Source of the DNA: Candidatus Cryptobacteroides pullicola
GTDB taxonomy: Bacteria; Bacteroidota; Bacteroidia; Bacteroidales; UBA932
Direction of reading: 5' to 3'
NCBI GenBank assembly: GCA_018711725.1
Contig: DVHX01000014.1
Span: 16,184-80,183, forward strand
DNA: 64,000 nucleotides
Part shown: positions 47,418 to 57,901 of the stretch, piece after piece
How the letters are laid out: each line of letters opens with the position of its first letter
Position numbering within the stretch: the first letter of the stretch is position 1
Made by a program: the position numbers and the translations under genes
Notes under the pieces: model-generated
What the model saw: only the letters and a program-made list of their open reading frames with translations
What the model was told of the DNA's origin: nothing
Database searches by the model: none

Positions 47418-50138
47418 ATGATTGACAACGACGACATAATACGCATACGGGGTGCGCGCGCCCACAACCTCAAGGATGTGGATGTCGACATCCCCCGGCG
47501 GAAGTTCGTGGTGATAAGCGGACTGAGCGGCAGCGGAAAGTCTTCGCTCGCCTTCGACACCATATATGCCGAGGGGCAGAGGAGGTACATGAACACCCTG
47601 TCGCCGTATGCCAAGCATTTCATGGGCATACTCGAGAAGCCGGCCGTGGAGAGTATCACCGGCCTGAGCCCTATCATAGCCATAGAGCAGAAGACCACGG
47701 GCAACAATCCCCGTTCGACGGTCGGCACCATAACCGAAATTTCCGATTTCCTGCGCCTGCTGTTCGCCAAGGCCTCCACCGCCTATTCCCCCGTGAGCGG
47801 GAAGGAAATGGTGCGCTACACCGACTCTCAGATAGTCGAGCTCGTCATGGATGTGTACCGCGGCCGCAGGTGCCTGCTGCTCGCCCCACTGGTCAACGGG
47901 CGCAAGGGCAGCTACAAGGAGCTCTTCGAGCAGCTCCGCAAGAAAGGCTACACCCAGGTCCGCGTGGACTCGTCGCTTGTCGACCTCTCGGAACTCGACT
48001 CGCTCGACCGCTACAAGGCTCATTTCATAGAGCTGGTCGTGGACAAGCTCAAGCCAGGAGCCGGCGACGAGGGCAGGATAAGGGGGTCTGTCGCGGCGGC
48101 ACTCACTCTCGGCAAGGGGTCGGTGGCCGTGCTCGATGCCGAGACTTCTGTCCTGCGCCACTATTCCAAGCATCTCGTCGATCCCGAGAGCGGTGTCTCG
48201 CTCAAGGAGCCTGCGCCGCATTCGTTCTCGTTCAATTCGCCCGAGGGCTACTGTCCGCACTGCAAGGGCCTGGGTGTGGTGCCTGACGTGAATTTCGATA
48301 CCATTGTCCCCGACCGCAGCCTGAGCATCGCCGACGGGGCCATACTGCCTCTCGGGCCACTGAGAGGCAGCCGCAAGTCCGAAACCGTACGCGCCATAGC
48401 CCGCAAGCACGGTTTCTCGGTATACGAACCCGTGTCGGAACTGCCCGACGGGGAACTTTCTCTGCTGATATTCGGCTCCGACGAGTTCTTCCGCATCGGA
48501 GAAGGTCCCCAGGCCGAAATGGTGACCTGGGACGGGCTCGTGGACGACATCGAAGACAAGATAGTCTGCCCGGTCTGCCACGGGACGCGCCTCAACGCCG
48601 AGGCCTCGTATTTCCGCATTGACGGCAAGGATATCTCGCAGGTGGGGGCCATGGAGATTTCGGAACTCGCCCTCTGGCTGAAGGAGCTTCCCGGAAAGCT
48701 TTCCGCCAAGGCGGGAGCGATAGCCTGCGACATACTGCGCGAACTCGACGACAGGGTCAGGTTCCTGCTCGACGTCGGGCTCGACTACCTCACCCTCGAC
48801 CGTCCGGCATCCAGCCTTTCGGGCGGAGAGGGGCAGCGCATACGCCTCGCCACCCAGATAGGCTCGAAGCTCGTGAACGTGATATACATACTGGACGAGC
48901 CCAGCATAGGCCTGCATCCGAGGGACAACCGCAAGCTCATAAATTCCCTGAAACACCTGCGCGACGAGGGCAATACCGTGATAGTCGTGGAGCACGACGA
49001 GGAGACGATACGCAGCGCAGACTGGATAGTGGACGTGGGTCCCGGGGCGGGGGAGAACGGCGGCAGGATATGCTACAGCGGCCCGGCGAGACCCTATGTG
49101 AACCCTGTACCTTCGCCTTCGCTGCGCAGGCAGGGGAACGGAAAGAGCCTCGTGATACGCGGCGCGCGCGGCAACAACCTCAAGGGCATAGACGTCCGCT
49201 TCCCGCTCGGGATGCTGATCGGCATAAGCGGCGTCAGCGGTTCGGGAAAGTCCAGCCTCATAAACCAGACCCTGATGCCCGCGCTCAAGTCGCATTTCTA
49301 TAATTTCAAGACCCGCCCCCTGCCTTTCGACGGTGTCGACGGGCTCGAGAACATCGACAAGGTCATAGAGATAGACCAGAGTCCGATAGGACGCACCCCG
49401 CGTTCGAATCCGGCCACCTTCACCGGCGTGTTCAATGACATACGGGCGCTTTTCGAGGATACACCCGACGCCAAGGTGCGCGGCTTCAAGGCGGGCCGGT
49501 TCTCGTTCAATGTCGAGGGCGGCCGCTGCGAGGCCTGCAAGGGCGCTGGAATAAAGGTCATAGAGATGAATTTCCTGCCTTCCGTCAATGTGGTCTGCGA
49601 CGCCTGCGGCGGACGGCGCTACAAGGAAGACACGCTTGCGGTGCGGTACAAGGGCAAGAACATAGGCGAAGTGCTCGAGATGCCGGTAAGCGAGGCCTAC
49701 GAGTTCTTCAAGAGCCACCCCCGCATAGCCCCGAAGCTGAAAGCCATGCTGGACGTGGGCCTGGGCTATGTGCATCTCGGGCAGTCTGCGGTCACGCTCT
49801 CCGGAGGCGAATGCCAGAGGATGAAGCTCGCTGCGGAACTCTTCCGCAAGGCGACGGGAAAGACCCTCTATATGCTCGACGAGCCTACGACCGGCCTGCA
49901 TGCCGAGGATGTCAGGGTGCTTATGGACGTGCTCGAGAAGCTCGTCGACCAGGGCAACACCGTGATAGTCATCGAACACAACCTTGACGTGCTCAAGAGG
50001 GCGGACTACCTCATAGACATGGGTCCCGGGGGAGGCGCCGCGGGCGGCAGGATTATTGCAAGCGGAACTCCGGAGCAGGTGTGTGCAGACCCTGCGTCCG
50101 TTACAGGCGAATATCTGAAAAATTTTCTAACTATATGA
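47418..50138 (+). CDS. uvrA: Excinuclease ABC subunit A
   Basis: [52 protein letters not shown], zinc-finger Cys pairs. Confidence 0.97.
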   Translation: MIDNDDIIRIRGARAHNLKDVDVDIPRRKFVVISGLSGSGKSSLAFDTIYAEGQRRYMNTLSPYAKHFMGILEKPAVESITGLSPIIAIEQKTTGNNPRSTVGTITEISDFLRLLFAKASTAYSPVSGKEMVRYTDSQIVELVMDVYRGRRCLLLAPLVNGRKGSYKELFEQLRKKGYTQVRVDSSLVDLSELDSLDRYKAHFIELVVDKLKPGAGDEGRIRGSVAAALTLGKGSVAVLDAETSVLRHYSKHLVDPESGVSLKEPAPHSFSFNSPEGYCPHCKGLGVVPDVNFDTIVPDRSLSIADGAILPLGPLRGSRKSETVRAIARKHGFSVYEPVSELPDGELSLLIFGSDEFFRIGEGPQAEMVTWDGLVDDIEDKIVCPVCHGTRLNAEASYFRIDGKDISQVGAMEISELALWLKELPGKLSAKAGAIACDILRELDDRVRFLLDVGLDYLTLDRPASSLSGGEGQRIRLATQIGSKLVNVIYILDEPSIGLHPRDNRKLINSLKHLRDEGNTVIVVEHDEETIRSADWIVDVGPGAGENGGRICYSGPARPYVNPVPSPSLRRQGNGKSLVIRGARGNNLKGIDVRFPLGMLIGISGVSGSGKSSLINQTLMPALKSHFYNFKTRPLPFDGVDGLENIDKVIEIDQSPIGRTPRSNPATFTGVFNDIRALFEDTPDAKVRGFKAGRFSFNVEGGRCEACKGAGIKVIEMNFLPSVNVVCDACGGRRYKEDTLAVRYKGKNIGEVLEMPVSEAYEFFKSHPRIAPKLKAMLDVGLGYVHLGQSAVTLSGGECQRMKLAAELFRKATGKTLYMLDEPTTGLHAEDVRVLMDVLEKLVDQGNTVIVIEHNLDVLKRADYLIDMGPGGGAAGGRIIASGTPEQVCADPASVTGEYLKNFLTI

Positions 50139-51127
50139 CAAAGATTCAGGCGGCAAGGCAGGAATATACGAACTGGTGCCGCGCCATAGGGCTGGACAGC
50201 CTCGACAAGGTCAACGACGCCCTCCAGGCAGGCGAGGGCATCGAACTTATCAACCTCTCGGAAGCCCGACAGGAGAGGAAGTATGCCGAGGTGGCAGACC
50301 AGATATCATGGAACCGCAAGACCAGGCGCATAGTGATGATGTCCGGGCCGTCTTCGAGCGGCAAGACGAGTTCCTCGCTGCGCATAGCCCAGCAGGCCCG
50401 CGTGCTCGGCCTCAACCCGAGGGTGATAGAGCTCGACAACTATTTCGTGGACAGAGAGCAGACCCCGCGCGACAAGGACGGCAACTACGACTTCGAGGCT
50501 CTGGAGGCCATGGACATAAAGCTGCTCGGCGAGCAGCTGTCGACCCTGCTCTCGGGCGGGGAGGTGGAACTCCCGAAGTTCAACTTCGTCAAGGGCTGCC
50601 GCGAGAGTTCCGGCGTAGTGATGAAGCTCGCGCCCAACGACATCCTTTTCATGGAAGGCATACACGCGCTCAACCCGGCACTTACGCCCGACCTTGACCA
50701 GAAGCACATATTCCGCGTATATATCTCGGCCCTGTCGTCCCTTCCCGAGGGCAGGAAGTACCACAGTTCCACCACCGACAAGCGCCTGCTGCGCAGGATA
50801 GTGCGCGACAACCGCACGAGGGGCATATCTCCCGAGGAGAACATACTCCGCTGGCCGTCCGTGCGCAGGGGGGAGAACAAGAACATCTTCCCCTTCGAGG
50901 AGAATGCCGACATAGTGTTCAACTCGTCGACGCTGTACGACATCCCCTTGCTGAAATATTACGCGGAGCCTCTGCTCTGCGGCATAAGCGTCTCCTCGCC
51001 CGCGTACTCCAAGGCCCGGGATCTGCTCGGGTTCATGGAGAAGGTCGTGTGTCTGAAGCCTTCGGAGATAGCGGCCATTCCGCCTACCTCGATAATGAGG
51101 GAGTTCATCGGCGGTCAGACGCTCTGA
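50135..51127 (+). CDS. Uridine kinase / nucleoside kinase family protein
   Basis: SGPSSSGKT P-loop, VIELDNYF, FMEGIHALNP, RLLRRIVRD. Confidence 0.85.
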   Translation: MTKIQAARQEYTNWCRAIGLDSLDKVNDALQAGEGIELINLSEARQERKYAEVADQISWNRKTRRIVMMSGPSSSGKTSSSLRIAQQARVLGLNPRVIELDNYFVDREQTPRDKDGNYDFEALEAMDIKLLGEQLSTLLSGGEVELPKFNFVKGCRESSGVVMKLAPNDILFMEGIHALNPALTPDLDQKHIFRVYISALSSLPEGRKYHSSTTDKRLLRRIVRDNRTRGISPEENILRWPSVRRGENKNIFPFEENADIVFNSSTLYDIPLLKYYAEPLLCGISVSSPAYSKARDLLGFMEKVVCLKPSEIAAIPPTSIMREFIGGQTL

Positions 51128-51147
51128 CGAAAATGACCAACGTTTAA

Positions 51148-51864
51148 ATGAATACATTTATGGATAAAGGCAAATTCTACAGCGGCCTGGCTATAATGCT
51201 CGGCCTCATCGTGCTCGGACTTATGATTCCGAAGGCGGTCAGGGAGTTCCGCTCATTCGACCGTACAGTCAATGTCAAGGGCCTCTGTGAAAGGGAGGTC
51301 GAGGCAGACAAGGTGATCTGGCCCGTGGTGTACAAGGTCATGGACAACGACCTCGGGAACATATATTCCGTCACCGACCGCAACAACGCCGCGATAGTGG
51401 AGTTCCTCAAGTCGGGAGGGCTGCAGGACTCCGAGATCACGGTTTCGGTGCCGTCCATTTCCGACAAGTACGCCAACGAGTACGGCAACAACGACCGCAC
51501 CTACCGTTATATCGCCACGAATATCGTGACAGTATGCACCGACAAGGTCGACAGGGTGCTCGCGCTGATGTCGCGTCAGTCGGAGCTGCTGCGCAAGGGC
51601 ATAGTCACGGCCGGCAACGACTGGGAGAATCCCGTTGAGTTCCGCTACGAGTCGCTGAACGACATCAAGCCCGAGATGATAGAGGAGGCAACTAAGAACG
51701 CCCGCGAGGCCGCGCAGAAGTTCGCCACCGACTCCGGAAGCTCTCTGGGAAAGATAAAGACCGCCAGCCAGGGGACTTTCACGATTTCCGACAGGGACAG
51801 CAACACCCCCTACATCAAGAAGGTGAGGGTGGTCACTTCCGTCACCTATTATCTCAAGAACTAA
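51148..51864 (+). CDS. SIMPL domain-containing protein
   Basis: N-terminal TM; VNVKGLCEREVEAD, KPEMIEEATKNAREAA, KKVRVV. Confidence 0.88.
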   Translation: MNTFMDKGKFYSGLAIMLGLIVLGLMIPKAVREFRSFDRTVNVKGLCEREVEADKVIWPVVYKVMDNDLGNIYSVTDRNNAAIVEFLKSGGLQDSEITVSVPSISDKYANEYGNNDRTYRYIATNIVTVCTDKVDRVLALMSRQSELLRKGIVTAGNDWENPVEFRYESLNDIKPEMIEEATKNAREAAQKFATDSGSSLGKIKTASQGTFTISDRDSNTPYIKKVRVVTSVTYYLKN

Positions 51865-51876
51865 ACGCTCCGGGGA

Positions 51877-52602
51877 CTATCTGTCCGCAGAACCGGGTCC
51901 TCTGATTATTACCGGCTCCGCATCGGGGCCGGTTTCTTCTTCCGGCTCGTTGAACGGCTCGAGGAAGGGGTTGCCCGTGCGTTCCCTGCCTATGGTCGTC
52001 GCGGGGCCGTGCCCGGGGTATACCGCCGTGACCGGGTCTAGGACTATGAGCTTCTCCATTATGGAGCGTATCTCGTCGTCGTATTCGCCGTAGGGGAGGT
52101 CCGTGCGCCCGATCGCCCCGGCGAAGAGGGTGTCTCCGCTGAAAAGCATGTCCCATTCGTCATCGTGCAGCAGGTAGCTCATACCTCCCGGAGTGTGTCC
52201 CGGGGTGGCAATTGGCTCGAAGCGCAGGCCGGAGACTTCTATTACGGCACCTTCTGACGCTTCGCCATGCCTGAAACTGCAGTCCGGTACCGGCAGACCG
52301 AACCTGCCGCACATCTCAGGAAGAATCTCCAGTACGGGGAGGTCTGCGGTATTCATATATACCGGGATGCCGGGAAACCGCTCCAGCAGGGGCGCGACTC
52401 CGTAGATGTGGTCGAAATGTGCGTGGGTCAGCAGTATAGCCGCCGGAACGAGCTGCCTGGAGCCGAGAGTGCCGAGGAAGGCGTCAGTCTCCCGCCCCGA
52501 CCGGAATCCGGGATCTATCACCGCGCACCTTCCGTCCGCAGCGGTGACTGTGTAGGTCTTCTCCTGGAAAGGGTTGAATGTGAAGTCCAGTATTTCGTGC
52601 AT
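51877..52602 (-). CDS. MBL-fold metallo-hydrolase (glyoxalase II-like)
   Basis: LLTHAHFDHIYG, TPGHTPG, FSGDTLF, YPGHG. Confidence 0.92.
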   Translation of the reverse strand: MHEILDFTFNPFQEKTYTVTAADGRCAVIDPGFRSGRETDAFLGTLGSRQLVPAAILLTHAHFDHIYGVAPLLERFPGIPVYMNTADLPVLEILPEMCGRFGLPVPDCSFRHGEASEGAVIEVSGLRFEPIATPGHTPGGMSYLLHDDEWDMLFSGDTLFAGAIGRTDLPYGEYDDEIRSIMEKLIVLDPVTAVYPGHGPATTIGRERTGNPFLEPFNEPEEETGPDAEPVIIRGPGSADR

Positions 52603-52678
52603 GGCTATTTATTCCTGTTACGGCCGTAAAATTACAAAACTTGTGTTAATTTTGTAGGATTTCAGTTCAAGACGTACT

Positions 52679-53293
52679 ATGCACATAGGAATCGCGGGAA
52701 ATATAGGCAGCGGCAAGACAACGCTCACGAGGATGCTTGCGGAAAGGTACGGCTGGACTCCGAAGTACGAGTCCGTGACCTACAATCCCTATCTGGAGGA
52801 CTATTACGGCGACATCCCGAGGTGGTCGTACAACCTCGAGACATATTTCCTTGCGCAGAGGTTCCGCGATCTGCTCGACATATCCCGTTCGGACGATGTG
52901 ATAATCCAGGACAGGACGATACTTGAGGGCGTGCACATATTCGTGCGCAACAACTACGAGCTGGGCAACCTCTCGCAGCGCGACTACGACACCTACATGA
53001 TGCTTTTCAACCTGATGATGTCGCTTGTGCATCTTCCCGATCTGCTGATCTACCTCAAGTCTTCGGTGCCGCAGCTCGTGGCCCGGATACAGAAGCGCGG
53101 GCGCGGCTACGAGCAGAGCATGAGCCTGGAGTATCTCGAGGGGCTCAACCGCCGCTATGACGAGTGGATAGGCTCGTATGAGGGCAGGCTGCTCGTGGTG
53201 GACGCCGACAGGCTCGACTTCGAGTCCGACCCCGCCGCCTTCGAGTCCATAACAGACAGGATAGACGCCCAGCTGTACGGACTTTTCAAATGA
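52679..53293 (+). CDS. Deoxynucleoside kinase (dGK-like)
   Basis: IAGNIGSGKTT, NPYLEDYY, NLETYF, QDRT, RIQKRGR. Confidence 0.9.
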   Translation: MHIGIAGNIGSGKTTLTRMLAERYGWTPKYESVTYNPYLEDYYGDIPRWSYNLETYFLAQRFRDLLDISRSDDVIIQDRTILEGVHIFVRNNYELGNLSQRDYDTYMMLFNLMMSLVHLPDLLIYLKSSVPQLVARIQKRGRGYEQSMSLEYLEGLNRRYDEWIGSYEGRLLVVDADRLDFESDPAAFESITDRIDAQLYGLFK

Positions 53294-53336
53294 GCGGAAT
53301 CTTTCTAAATTTGCAAGGCTTATAACTTTTCAGGAT

Positions 53337-53975
53337 ATGCATATAGCGATTGCCGGAAACATAGGTAGCGGAAAGACGACCCTCACGAGGATGCTCGTCT
53401 CCCGCTACGGCTGGACCCCGAAGTACGAGTCCGTCGACTTCAACCCGTATCTTGCCGATTTCTACGAGGATATGGCCAGGTGGTCGTTCAACCTCCAGAT
53501 ATATTTCCTCAACAAGCGGTTCAAGGATGTGGTGGAGATAGCGAAAATGGACGACGTCGTGGTGCAGGACAGGACCATATTCGAGGACGCCAGGATATTC
53601 GCCCCCAACCTCCACGACATGGGGCTTATGAGCACCAGGGACTTCGAGAACTACACCGACCTCTTCGACCTGATGATGTCGCTCGTGGGCTATCCCGACC
53701 TGCTGATATACCTGCGTTCGTCCATTCCCAACCTGATAGCGCAGATACAGAGGCGCGGCCGCGACTACGAGAAGAGCATACGCATCGACTACCTTACCGG
53801 CCTCAACGAGAAATACGAGGCCTGGATCAGGGACTATCCCGGAAGGCTTCTGATAATAGACGCCGACAACATCAAGTTCGGCAACGACCCCGCCGCCTTC
53901 GAGAAGGTGACCGACATGATAGACGCCGAGCTCTACGGCCTCTTCTCCCAGCCCCAGGATGACAAACAACGCTAA
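53337..53975 (+). CDS. Deoxynucleoside kinase (dAK/dCK-like)
   Basis: IAGNIGSGKTT, NPYLADFY, NLQIYF, QDRTIFED, IQRRGR. Confidence 0.9.
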   Translation: MHIAIAGNIGSGKTTLTRMLVSRYGWTPKYESVDFNPYLADFYEDMARWSFNLQIYFLNKRFKDVVEIAKMDDVVVQDRTIFEDARIFAPNLHDMGLMSTRDFENYTDLFDLMMSLVGYPDLLIYLRSSIPNLIAQIQRRGRDYEKSIRIDYLTGLNEKYEAWIRDYPGRLLIIDADNIKFGNDPAAFEKVTDMIDAELYGLFSQPQDDKQR

Positions 53976-55905
53976 AACCAGTATACCTATGGCAGATACA
54001 AGACCTACTATCATCGATTTCGTAAAGAAGTACACCGCCCTCTATTCGGACCATACCTTCCTCAGGGAGAAGGTGGGCGGAGAATGGACCGAGACATCCT
54101 TCGCGCGTACGCACGAGGAAGGCCGCATACTGGCCGCCGGCTTCATGGCAATGGGCCTGAAGAAGGGTGAGAAGGTCGCCCTGATCTCTGAAGGGCGCAA
54201 CCAGTGGATATTCTCCGAACTCGGCATACTGTATGCCGGAGGGGTGAACGTGCCGCTGTCGTTCAAGCTCGAGTCGGACGCCGACCTCACCTTCCGCATA
54301 AACCATTCCGATTCGCGCTTCCTTGTGGCGTCCCAGACCCAGATAGACAAGATACGCAGGGTCATCGACAGGTGCCCGTCGGTGGAGAAAGTCATCGTCA
54401 TGGATGATATAGAGCTGCGCGACGCCGAGATGCCCCTCTCGGAGCTGCACCGCATGGGAGAGGAGTTCCTGAAGACCCGTTCCGGCGAACTGGAGGAGAG
54501 AATGGCCTCCGTCGGCCCCGACGACTACGCCAACATAAGCTATACCTCCGGAACCACGGCCGACCCCAAGGGCATACTGCTCACCCACCGCAACTATACG
54601 GCCAACGTGGAGCAGGCGCGCTCCGTGATAGGCGTGCCGGAAGGCTCCGTAATGCTGATAATACTGCCTCTCGACCATTGCTTCGCGCATGTCGCGGGCT
54701 TCTATGTAATGATGAGCTACGGCGGAAGCGTGGCCACCGTCCCCTGCGGCAAGAGCACGGTTACGCTGCTTAAGAATATCCCGGTTGCGATACGCGAGGT
54801 GCGTCCCCACGTGATGCTGTCGGTGCCTACGCTTTCGAAGAACTTCAAGAAGAACTTCGAGAGCGCGATAAAGAAGAACGGCGCCTTCGTCGAGAAGCTC
54901 TACGAGTTCGGGCTCAGGAACGCCATAGCCTACAACAGGGACTACTACAACGCAGGACGGCCCTGGTGGAAGCTGTGGTGGAGAAAGCCGCTGAACAGCC
55001 TGATAGACAAGCTGGTGTTCTCGAAGATCCGCGAGGGCTTCGGCGGACGCATGATGTTCTTCGTAGGAGGAGGTGCACTGCTCGACATAGAGCTGCAGAG
55101 ATATTTCTGCGCCATAGGCATGCCCATTTTCCAGGGCTACGGCCTTTCCGAGGCCACGCCCGTCATCTGCGCGAATTCCCCGGACCATGCGAGGTTCGGC
55201 TCGTCCGGACGCGTCGTCCAGCCTATGGACATCAAGATATGCGACGAGGAGGGTAACTCCCTCCCTGCCGGACAGACGGGCGAGATAGTGATACGCGGAG
55301 AGAATGTCATGGCCGGCTACTGGAAGAATCCCGAGGCTACGGCGAAGACCATAGTCGACGGCTGGCTGCATACCGGCGACCGCGGCTATCTCTGCAAGGA
55401 CGATCCCCGCTTCCTGTATGTGACCGGACGCTTCAAGAGCCTGCTGATCGCGGCCGACGGTGAGAAATATTCTCCCGAAGGATATGAGGACAGCCTTGCC
55501 GACGGCTCGAAGTACATCGAGGCATCGGTGCTCTACAATAACCAGAGTCCCTATACCGTGGTGCTGGTCATCCCCAACAAGGCCGCTCTCTCCGAGGAGG
55601 TCAGGAAGTCCGGTCTGGATCCTTCGAGCCTCGAGGGCAGGAAGGCCCAGCTTGAAATCATCCGGAAGGAAGTCGACGCCTACCGTCCCGGAGGACGCAA
55701 GGCGGGACTCTTCCCCGACAGGTGGCTCCCGACAGCGATAATCGTCGGCGACACGCCTTTCACCGAGCAGAACGGCATGCTGAACACGACCATGAAAATG
55801 GTCCGCGGCAAGGTGGAGAAGTTCTATGCCGCGCGCATTGACTATGCGATGACCCCGGAGGGCAGGCAGCTGTTCAACGAAAAGAACCTGGAATCCCTGC
55901 TGTAG
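53959..55905 (+). CDS. Long-chain fatty acid--CoA ligase (AMP-binding); start may be 53989
   Basis: ISYTSGTTADPKG, GYGLSEA, WLHTGDRG, GRFKSL. Confidence 0.9.
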   Translation: MTNNAKTSIPMADTRPTIIDFVKKYTALYSDHTFLREKVGGEWTETSFARTHEEGRILAAGFMAMGLKKGEKVALISEGRNQWIFSELGILYAGGVNVPLSFKLESDADLTFRINHSDSRFLVASQTQIDKIRRVIDRCPSVEKVIVMDDIELRDAEMPLSELHRMGEEFLKTRSGELEERMASVGPDDYANISYTSGTTADPKGILLTHRNYTANVEQARSVIGVPEGSVMLIILPLDHCFAHVAGFYVMMSYGGSVATVPCGKSTVTLLKNIPVAIREVRPHVMLSVPTLSKNFKKNFESAIKKNGAFVEKLYEFGLRNAIAYNRDYYNAGRPWWKLWWRKPLNSLIDKLVFSKIREGFGGRMMFFVGGGALLDIELQRYFCAIGMPIFQGYGLSEATPVICANSPDHARFGSSGRVVQPMDIKICDEEGNSLPAGQTGEIVIRGENVMAGYWKNPEATAKTIVDGWLHTGDRGYLCKDDPRFLYVTGRFKSLLIAADGEKYSPEGYEDSLADGSKYIEASVLYNNQSPYTVVLVIPNKAALSEEVRKSGLDPSSLEGRKAQLEIIRKEVDAYRPGGRKAGLFPDRWLPTAIIVGDTPFTEQNGMLNTTMKMVRGKVEKFYAARIDYAMTPEGRQLFNEKNLESLL

Positions 55906-55915
55906 GCCTGCTGAC

Positions 55916-56887
55916 ATGGAAGGGAGGGAAAGCAGATATGTGGCCGGCATAGATGTCGGCGGACAGACATCCAAGATAGGAATAGTCGGCCCCGGAGGAG
56001 ACATACTCGCCCGCAGGGTGATCCGCTCCGACTGCTACGGCTCCGATTTCGGCGCCTACATCTCCGCGCTGTCTTCCGCCGTTTCCGAAACCGTGTCCGA
56101 AGCCGGCATAGACGGTGTGGCCGCTGTCGGTGCGGGCGCTCCCAACGCCAACCACTACAGCGGCATGATATGTTCGGCTCCCAACCTGGAGTGGGCTGCC
56201 GGCCGTTGCGTGGATTTCGTCCACGCCCTGTCTTCCTCGCTTGGAGGAATCCCCGTGTCGGTTACCAACGATGCCAACGCGGCCGCCCTCGGCGAGAGGA
56301 GGTACGGCGTCGCGGCCGGCATGGACGATTTCATAATGATTACCCTCGGTACCGGTGTAGGCAGCGGCATCGTGGCAGGCGGCCGCCTGCTCTACGGCCA
56401 TGACTCTCTTGCCGGAGAGCTTGGACACACATGCGCCGTCCGTGAAGGAGGGCGGCCCTGCGGCTGCGGAAAGACAGGATGTCTGGAGACATACTGTTCC
56501 GCCACCGGAGTGGCGAGGACCGCCCGCGAGTGGCTTGGCTCGAGCGCCGAACCGTCTCTGCTGCGCAGCGTGCAGACGCTGGATTCCAAGGCGGTGTATG
56601 AAGCCGCAAGGCAGGGCGATCCGCTGGCGCTGCGTATATTCGAATATACAGGCACGATTCTTGGACGCTCACTGGCCGATTTCGTGGCTTTCAGCTCTCC
56701 GGAGGCCATAGTGCTTTTCGGCGGGCTCGCGAGGGCGCGGGAGTTCCTGCAGGAACCGGTGAAGACAGCTATGGACGACAACCTCCTGCCGGTCTGGAAG
56801 GGCAGGATAAAGTTACTTTTCTCCACGCTCAGGGAGTCCGATGCCGCGATACTCGGGGCTGCGGCGCTCGCGTGGGAAGATGCTTGA
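55916..56887 (+). CDS. ROK family glucokinase
   Basis: GIDVGG, NDANAAALGE, LGTGVGSG, GELGH, CGCGKTGCLE. Confidence 0.9.
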   Translation: MEGRESRYVAGIDVGGQTSKIGIVGPGGDILARRVIRSDCYGSDFGAYISALSSAVSETVSEAGIDGVAAVGAGAPNANHYSGMICSAPNLEWAAGRCVDFVHALSSSLGGIPVSVTNDANAAALGERRYGVAAGMDDFIMITLGTGVGSGIVAGGRLLYGHDSLAGELGHTCAVREGGRPCGCGKTGCLETYCSATGVARTAREWLGSSAEPSLLRSVQTLDSKAVYEAARQGDPLALRIFEYTGTILGRSLADFVAFSSPEAIVLFGGLARAREFLQEPVKTAMDDNLLPVWKGRIKLLFSTLRESDAAILGAAALAWEDA

Positions 56888-56912
56888 AGACAATGAACCA
56901 AAAATATCTGAA

Positions 56913-57698
56913 ATGAAAAGGAATTCTGTTGTTATGGCCCTGTTGGCGGGCCTGGCAGCCGTAGCTTGCAACAATACGGCTGCCGACAAGGGAACGGCTG
57001 CAGAAGGTGCCGCCCCTGAAACCATGACTGCCGATGACTACATCCCCTCGAAGGCAGAAGTCGACTCGGTAAGCTACCTTATGGGTGTGAACTTCGGTAT
57101 CTTCATGAAGTCTTACGGCTTCACCGGGCTCAACTACTCCAAGATCGTCGGCGGAATCAAGGACTGCATGGAGGCCGAGGGCGATCCCCGCTCGGAGGAG
57201 TTCTACTCTCAGCTCAAGTATTCTCCCGAGTCTATCAACAACGCTTTCAACGCCTATCTCGAGAAGAAGAACAACTACGAGGCTCTCGTGAACAAGGAGG
57301 CTTCCGAGAAGTTCCTCGAGGAGAACGCGTCCAGGGCAGGCGTGACGAAGACGGAGTCAGGTCTCCAGTATGAGATACTCGAGCCCGGCAACGACGTGAA
57401 GGCTACGCTGCGCGACACCGTCTATGTCCACTATACCGGAACCCTTATCGACGGCACCGTGTTCGACCAGACGCTCGAGGAGAACGACGCCGTGGCCATT
57501 CCCTTGTCGAATGTGATCCGCGGCTGGCAGGAGGGGCTTCCCCTTGTCGGAGAAGGCGGCCACATAAAGCTCTATGTGCCTTCGGAACTCGGCTACGGCA
57601 GCCAGGGCAATCCTGTCATCAAGCCCAATTCGGCCCTTGTCTTCGATGTGAAGGTCGAGAAGGTGGGCAAGGCTCCTGCGACAGAGAGCGAGGAGTAG
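56913..57698 (+). CDS. FKBP-type peptidyl-prolyl isomerase lipoprotein
   Basis: Lipobox AVAC; ESGLQYEI, VHYTGTLIDGTVFD, VIRGWQEGL, PSELGYG. Confidence 0.93.
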   Translation: MKRNSVVMALLAGLAAVACNNTAADKGTAAEGAAPETMTADDYIPSKAEVDSVSYLMGVNFGIFMKSYGFTGLNYSKIVGGIKDCMEAEGDPRSEEFYSQLKYSPESINNAFNAYLEKKNNYEALVNKEASEKFLEENASRAGVTKTESGLQYEILEPGNDVKATLRDTVYVHYTGTLIDGTVFDQTLEENDAVAIPLSNVIRGWQEGLPLVGEGGHIKLYVPSELGYGSQGNPVIKPNSALVFDVKVEKVGKAPATESEE

Positions 57699-57710
57699 TT
57701 CCGCCCATAT

Positions 57711-57763
57711 ACAGAATAAAGGACGGCGGCCGGATGCTTTTCCCGGCCGCCGCCTTTATCTGT
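57711..57763. terminator. Bidirectional terminator between FKBP and serA
   Basis: ATAAAGG-A-CGGCGGCCGG / CCGGCCGCCG-CCTTTAT stem with A-rich and T-rich flanks. Confidence 0.75.
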
Positions 57764-57794
57764 TAAGGTGTCTATTCTGCTGTTTTCCTGCTTT

Positions 57795-57832
57795 GCCTCA
57801 ACGTATGTCTCCCGGGAGACATATTCCGAGGC
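57795..57832. repeat. Perfect 20-bp palindrome with flanking GCCTC/GAGGC
   Basis: TATGTCTCCC|GGGAGACATA at 57804-57823. Confidence 0.8.
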
Positions 57833-57901
57833 TACTGCGAACGATACCATGGCAGCGCGGATAATATTCCTGTATCCTGCGGCTGCATGTGCCGGACCGC
57901 C

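Noticed and set aside
47301-49979. Very long antisense ORFs (892 aa opposite uvrA; also 880 aa at 61200-63842, 710 aa at 53872-56004, 556 aa at 38180-39850 and others)
   Set aside because: Shadow ORFs produced by GC-rich codon bias of the real gene on the other strand; no motifs and atypical composition
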